64,000 nt of DNA from Eledone cirrhosa (taxonomy: Eukaryota), in NCBI GenBank assembly GCA_964016885.1, contig OZ024766.1, positions 5,518,001-5,582,000 of the forward strand, given 5' to 3'. The notes below the pieces were generated by a model. That model was not told where the DNA came from and did no database searches. It saw only the letters and a list, made by a program, of their open reading frames with translations. Position numbers and translations under genes: made by a program. Positions 1 through 64,000 of this stretch are shown one piece after another (positions within the stretch are counted from its first letter, which is position 1; every line of letters begins with the position of its first letter).

Positions 1-48
1 TCTTGTTCTGTTTCTTTTTCGTTTCTTTTTTTTTTTTTTTTTCCCCAG

Positions 49-1337
49 AGATGTTTATGACGAAGAAGAACCTGGTTATAAACGTGACAGACGTGGTAAA
101 GAAAGCAACGGCACAGAGGTCAGCGAGGTTGACTTTCAAGGTGATCCATCGCCGCGGCAACTCGCGCTACCACTCGTGCCGGCTCAACACGGACGCCCTG
201 CTCGTCATGTACAGTGACATGTTCATCGCGGACATCAAGAGGTCACAGGACCACAGGAAATCGCAGAGATCCAGAACACCACCAGCGCCGCCAGCAGCAC
301 CACCAGCGACGCCAGCAGCAGCAGCAGCGACCCCAGCAGACAGTTTAGGGCAAGGTCCATCGATGAAGGGCCCCTCTTCTGCGCAGCGTTCTGCTAAAGG
401 CCGCTCTCCTATGCAGAGTTCTGTTAGAGATTTGCCAGTGAGGGCACGCATAAGACCGAGGGTCCCAGTTGTAGCGTCGTCAGCAAAAAAGCAGAAGGTT
501 GGGGTCAAGCGGAAGAAAGGGCGAAAAGGTTCCCCGAAAAATCCCTTGTCAGGGAACAAAGCAAAGTTGGAGAAAAAGCGAAGAAAGTCCTTAAAACATC
601 CCTTGTCAGCAAACAGGGCAGGGTTGGAGAAGAAGCGAAGATGGCGAAGGTCCCTAAAAAATCTATCATCCTTGATAAAGGAGCAGCTTGAGGAGGAGCA
701 GAGGTCATCCCTACAAAATCTTTTAGCAGTGAACGAAGAAGAGAAGGAGGAGGAAGATGAGGGGGAGGTGGAGAGACAAAAGCAAACGGGGCAGAGGTCC
801 CCGTCCTTAGAAAACCCATCATCAGGGAACGAGAGAGAGTTAGAGTACAACCGATGGTCTTTTCTACAAAATCCTTTATTGGTGAATGGAGAGGAGGAGG
901 AGAAGAAGGAGAAGGAAGCAAGGGGAGATAATCAAAGGGCGCGGAGGTCAGTAGGAAATTCAAATTCTTCGTCTTCGACGCCCGAGGAACTTTTTAATCG
1001 TAGTTTTAAGCAGCATAACGCGACAAGCTGCAGTTTGAAACCGTGGCAGGTGCGTTTCTCTGACATTCACCTCAACTGGATAAAATACCCGAGGGCGTAC
1101 AACGCCAGCTACTGTTCGGGACATTGCCTGGGCTTGATGGACTCAAGGGTGAGTAACCACGCTTTCCTGCGTAACAAATACCACCTGATTACAGCGTACG
1201 TTCACAAACATATCCCGTTCTCCTTCTGTGTTCCCTCTGTATTTTCTCCCCTTCCTATTATTTATGAGAACAGTGAAAGTGAGGTCCTTATTGGGACTTT
1301 ACATAACATGATAGCCCAGGTCTGCGCATGTTGGTAG
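49..1337 (+). CDS. Terminal exon of a TGF-beta/BMP-superfamily ligand (end of prodomain plus mature cystine-knot domain); upstream exons lie outside the window
   Basis: Polypyrimidine tract and cag acceptor at 1-48. Prodomain-end motif ALLVMYSD. Furin site RARR at 936-947. Mature domain CSLKPWQVRFSDIHLNWIKYPRAYNASYCSGHC...NHAFL...CVP..SPLPIIY...HNMIAQVCAC. TAG at 1335-1337. Confidence 0.93.
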
Positions 1338-1699
1338 ATGTACTACTGACCGTCGCCGAGGCAGGCAGGAAATCTTTTAATATTTTTTTTTTTTTTTTAA
1401 ATATAAACAATAAAAACAGTATGTAAAGGGACGAGGGAGTTTTTTTAAAACAAAAAAAAAAAAAAAAAAAAAGTTGGTGGGTCTCTTTCATTACAAAACA
1501 AAAACGAAAAAAAAAAACTTAATGTTTTTAATAAAAACATAATATATAAAGGGACAGGGAGTTTTAAAAAAAAAAAAAAAAAAAAAAAAAGATGGTAGAG
1601 GGGGGTGGGGGTCATTTCCATTACAAAACAGAACAAAAACAAAACAATGTCTTCTTCATTTTCTTCGCCCACTTATTTCTGGGAGAGTCGTGGATGGGG

Positions 1700-2890
1700 T
1701 GGACATACATAGAGCCCTCAAACTTTCCTTCCAGCAGGTCCTGTCAGAAGCAACCATCTCCAACTGACCCGGGTGGATCCCCCAAGCGAGACCAGCCAAG
1801 CTCATGGATGTTATCCAACCATCTTACTCGGAGTCTATCTACCCCTGGGTCTCTCTTGTCGGTTGGTTTCGCCCGTAGAATCTGTCCCGTGAATCTTTCC
1901 TTTGACAGATTCTCGGGAGGGTCGTGTGGGGGGTCAGAGTCTTCAAACAGCCCTTCCAGTGGGTCCTGTCAGAAGCAACTGATCTGGCTGGAATGCCTTA
2001 AGTGTGACCAGCCAAGCTCATGGATGTTATCCAACCATCTTACTCAGGGTCTACCTCTGGCTCTCCTACCAGTTGGTAATCTGTCCAGTGATTCTTTTCT
2101 GAGACATTCTAGCCACATGTCCATAGTATCGGAGCTGGATTCTCTAAGTGAGACCAGCCAAGCTTATGGATATTATCCAAACATCTTGCTTGAGGTCTAT
2201 CCCTGGGTCTCTTGCCGGTTGGTTTCACCCGTAAAATCTGTCCAGTGATTCTTTCTTGAGACATTCTAACCACATGTCCATAGTATCAGAGGTGTGATCT
2301 CTCAATTTGGAGAAGTAACAGCTCTACCTGGAGTGACTCTCTGATCTCCAAGCTACAAATCTGTCTAGTAATTCTTTCTTGAGACATTCTAACCACATGT
2401 CCATAGTATCAGAGGTGTGATCTCTCAATTTGGAGAAGTAACAGCTCTACCTGGAGTGACCCTCTGATCTCCAAGCTACAAATCTGTCTAGTAATTCTTT
2501 CCTGAGACATTCTAACCACATGTCCATAGTATCAGAGGTGTGATCTCTCAATTTGGAGAAGTAACAGCTCTACCTGGAGTGACTCTCTGATCTCCAAGCT
2601 ACAAATCTGTTGAGTAATTCTTTCCTGAGACATTCTAACCACATGTCCATAGTATCAGAGGTGTGATCTCTCAATTTGGAGAAGTAACAGCTCTACCTGG
2701 AGTGACTCTCTGATCTCCAAGCTACAAATCTGTCTAGTAATTCTTTCCTGAGACATTCTAACCACATGTCCATAGTATCAGAGGTGTGATCTCTCAATTT
2801 GGAGAAGTAACAGCTCTACCTGGAGTGACTCTCTGATCTCCAAGCTACAAATCTGTCTAGTAATTCTTTCCTGAGATATTATAACCACAT
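1700..2890 (-). mobile_element. Degenerate RTE LINE 3' fragments of a third family, with a 120-bp tandem array (2240-2890, ~5.4 units)
   Basis: Minus strand translates to ..SLEIRESLQVELLLLQIERSHL*YYGHVVRMSQE.. Confidence 0.75.
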
Positions 2891-3506
2891 TGTATTGTTG
2901 GTTTTTGTGGGGCAAAAAACTATGTTTTTAATAAAAACATATGTAAAGAGGCAAGGAGGTTTTTTTTTAAAAAAGATAGTAGCAGGGGTGACTTCTATTA
3001 CAAAACAGAACAAAGAAAAAAAACAATGTTTTTATTTAGAAACACCGGATGTAAAAGAGAGGGGGAGATTTAAAAAAAAAAAAAAATGATAAGGTAAGTC
3101 ATTCATATTGCAAAAAGAACAAGAAAACGTTTTTTAAATAAACTTAATATGTAAATATGTGGGGATTTTTTCAAAAAAATGATAGGGTGTGTCATTCACA
3201 TTATAAACAACACACAAGAGAAAAAATATTTCTATAAACATAAGATATAAAATTATAGGATTTAAAAAAATAGTTAAGGGTTTCACTCCCATTAAAAAAG
3301 AACAAGCAAAAACAGTATTTTTTTAATGAACACATGATGTAAGGGTTAGGAAGTTAAAAAATAAAGATTGTGGTGGTAGGTAAATTCCATTTAAAAAAAA
3401 AAAAAATTAATATTTTGTAAAAAAATGTGAAAATTTGCAGTTATTATCTCTTAACATCTTGTAATAATTTAGCAGAAAATATCCTAAGAAAAAGGTTTGT
3501 TAATTT

Positions 3507-4667
3507 AAATGTTTATAGTATCTTTACTAATGGACAGATTGTTGTAAAAATTTACAGTATTACAGTAAAGACTTTAATATTTAATGTGATGTAGTCATAG
3601 TGTTGTTTTGTACTAAATGTTTATAGTATCTTTACTGGTGGACAGATTGTTGTGAAAATTTACAGTATTACAGTAAAGACTTTAATATTTAATGTGATGT
3701 AGTCATAGTGTTGTTTTGTACTAAATGTTTATAGTATCTTTACTGGTGGACAGATTGTTGTGAAAATTTACAGTATTACAGTAAAGACTTTAATATTTAA
3801 TGTGATGTAGTCATAGTGTTGTTTTGTACTAAATGTTTATAGTATCTTTACTGGTGGACAGATTGTTGTAAAAATTTACAGTATTACAGTAAAGACTTTA
3901 ATATTTAATGTGATGTAGTCATAGTGTTGTTTTGTACTAAATGTTTATAGTATCTTTACTGGTGGACAGATTGTTGTAAAAATTTACAATATTACAGTAA
4001 AGACTTTAATATTTAATGTGATGTAGTCATAGTGTTGTTTTGTACTAAATGTTTATAATATCTTTACTGGTGGACAGATTGTTGTAAAAATTTACAGTAT
4101 TACAGTAAAGACTTTAATATTTAATGTGATGTAGTCATAGTGTTGTTTTGTACTAAATGTTTATAGTATCTTTACTGGTGGACAGATTGTTGTGAAAATT
4201 TACAGTATTACAGTAAAGACTTTAATATTTAATGTGATGTAGTCATAGTGTTGTTTTGTACTAAATGTTTATAGTATCTTTACTGGTGGACAGATTGTTG
4301 TGACAATTTACAGTATTACAGTAAAGACTTTAATATTTAATGTGATGTAGTCATAGTGTTGTTTTGTACTAAATGTTTATAGTATCTTTACTGGTGGACA
4401 GATTGTTGTGACAATTTACAGTATTACAGTAAAGACTTTAATATTTAATGTGATGTAGTCATAGTGTTGTTTTGTACTAAATGTTTATAGTATCTTTACT
4501 GGTGGACAGATTGTTGTGAAAATTTACAGTATTACAGTAAAGACTTTAATATTTAATGTGATGTAGTCATAGTGTTGTTTTGTACTAAATGTTTATAGTA
4601 TCTTTACTGGTGGACAGATTGTTGTGAAAATTTACAGTATTACAGTAAAGACTTTAATATTTAATGT
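3507..4667. repeat. 108-bp tandem array (~10.7 near-identical units) between the two convergent genes
   Basis: Unit AAATGTTTATAGTATCTTTACTGGTGGACAG...GTTTTGTACT. Confidence 0.95.
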
Positions 4668-4683
4668 ATATAATATATGTGTG

Positions 4684-4727
<44 letters not shown>

Positions 4728-4780
4728 GATGCATACATATATAAAATTAACCGAAACTTGCACATTACTGATGAAGCAGT

Positions 4781-62779
<57,999 letters not shown>

Positions 62780-62814
62780 CTTAGTAGGTTTGTGAAGTTA
62801 CAGCTGAAATATAC

Positions 62815-62850
<36 letters not shown>

Positions 62851-62993
62851 ATTAAAATACTAGAGCGTGTTGGAGTTAAACACCCTCTTCGTATTATAGA
62901 AATGACAGTAAAAGGTATAGCTCAATGTAATTAAACAGAGCCGAAGAATTATGAAAGTAAAACAAAGAAGCCTTCAATACATCAAAAGTCTTT

Positions 62994-63038
62994 ATTAGCC
63001 AACAATGTTTCATCCTATTAAGGACTCATCAGGGCAAT
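62994..63038 (-). ncRNA. Minimal type I hammerhead (family H-D); related copies at 35617-35661(-), 57046-57090(-) and 63453-63497(+)
   Basis: ATTGCC-CTGATGA-GTCCT TAAT AGGAT-GAAAC-ATT-GTT|GGCTAAT; the 57046 copy has a GTC triplet but a mutated core. Confidence 0.72.
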
Positions 63039-63538
63039 TAAAACAACAAGAAGTATTATCGGCCAATACAAGCCGAAAACTCCGAAGAATATGGAGTGTA
63101 CATACACTAAAGTATTGCAAGATTATGGGTAAAAATATATAATAAAAATCACTAAGGAGGTGTATAACATTTAGAACCATATTACAAATATAGTCCAAAG
63201 CAAAAAACCTAGAGCTAAACAAAGGTGGTTATATAGAGCAGGAATTATATATAATACTATATAATATAATATAATATAATTGTAACAATATTAAAATTAC
63301 AATAAAAATTAAAAGGTACAATATACATATATATATATGTACGCACACGTACATATATACACATATCCATCTTTAACAGCACAAATTAAACCTTATTAAG
63401 AGTTTAAATATAAATAAGCTTGTATTGGCCGATAATACTTCTTGTTGTTTTAATTGCCATGATGAGTCCTTAATAGGATGAAACACTGTTGGCTAATAAA
63501 GACTTTTGATGTATTGAAGGCTTCTTTGTTTTACTTCC

Positions 63539-63581
<43 letters not shown>

Positions 63582-63652
63582 ATGTACATTTATATATGCA
63601 TGTATATGTACATGTATATATATGTACATGTATATATGCATGTATATATATG

Positions 63653-63683
<31 letters not shown>

Positions 63684-64000
63684 ATATACATAGATATATA
63701 TGTACATATACATATATATATACACATAAACATAAGTATATAGACCTTACAGAAATATATACATATTTTTATTTTATATACATATATAATTAAATAAATA
63801 TATATATATATACATATATAAATAAATAAATATATATATACATATATATATATAAATATATATATTTATTAAAATAACAGATTAAAGTTTAAGCAAAGAA
63901 TCGCTGCTTTCACCCTTAACGGGATCTTCTGAAACTAACAAAGTCAATCTGTAAACGCAGAACTGTATATATATATATATATAAATATATATATATATAT

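Noticed and set aside
167-850. 227-aa minus-strand ORF
   Set aside because: Antisense shadow of the TGF-beta exon.
1592-2248. 218-aa plus-strand ORF
   Set aside because: Antisense reading of decayed RTE LINE fragments.

Overview
Repeat-rich eukaryotic animal DNA, probably a cephalopod mollusc (inferred from octopus-like tRNA-SINE families, RTE LINEs and very extensive (TA)n microsatellites). Most long ORFs in the supplied track are microsatellite artefacts. Two convergent genes can be read by hand. (1) The terminal exon of a TGF-beta/BMP-family ligand (49-1337, +), which lacks the interchain cysteine and has a long repeat-containing basic/acidic insertion before its RARR furin site. (2) A complete ~58 kb minus-strand gene (62779 to 4781) of 33 phase-consistent GT-AG coding exons, about 1480 aa, with coiled-coil regions and a C-terminus resembling FAM186A/B. 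Its introns hold two SINE families, RTE and Penelope-like fragments, two non-autonomous Helitrons and many tandem arrays. The most striking unannotated signal is a dense set of type I hammerhead ribozyme motifs: about 20 intact or degenerate copies in about 10 sequence families, in short elements inserted next to (TA)n tracts and often arranged as inverted pairs. All pairings and coordinates were read by eye and not computed.
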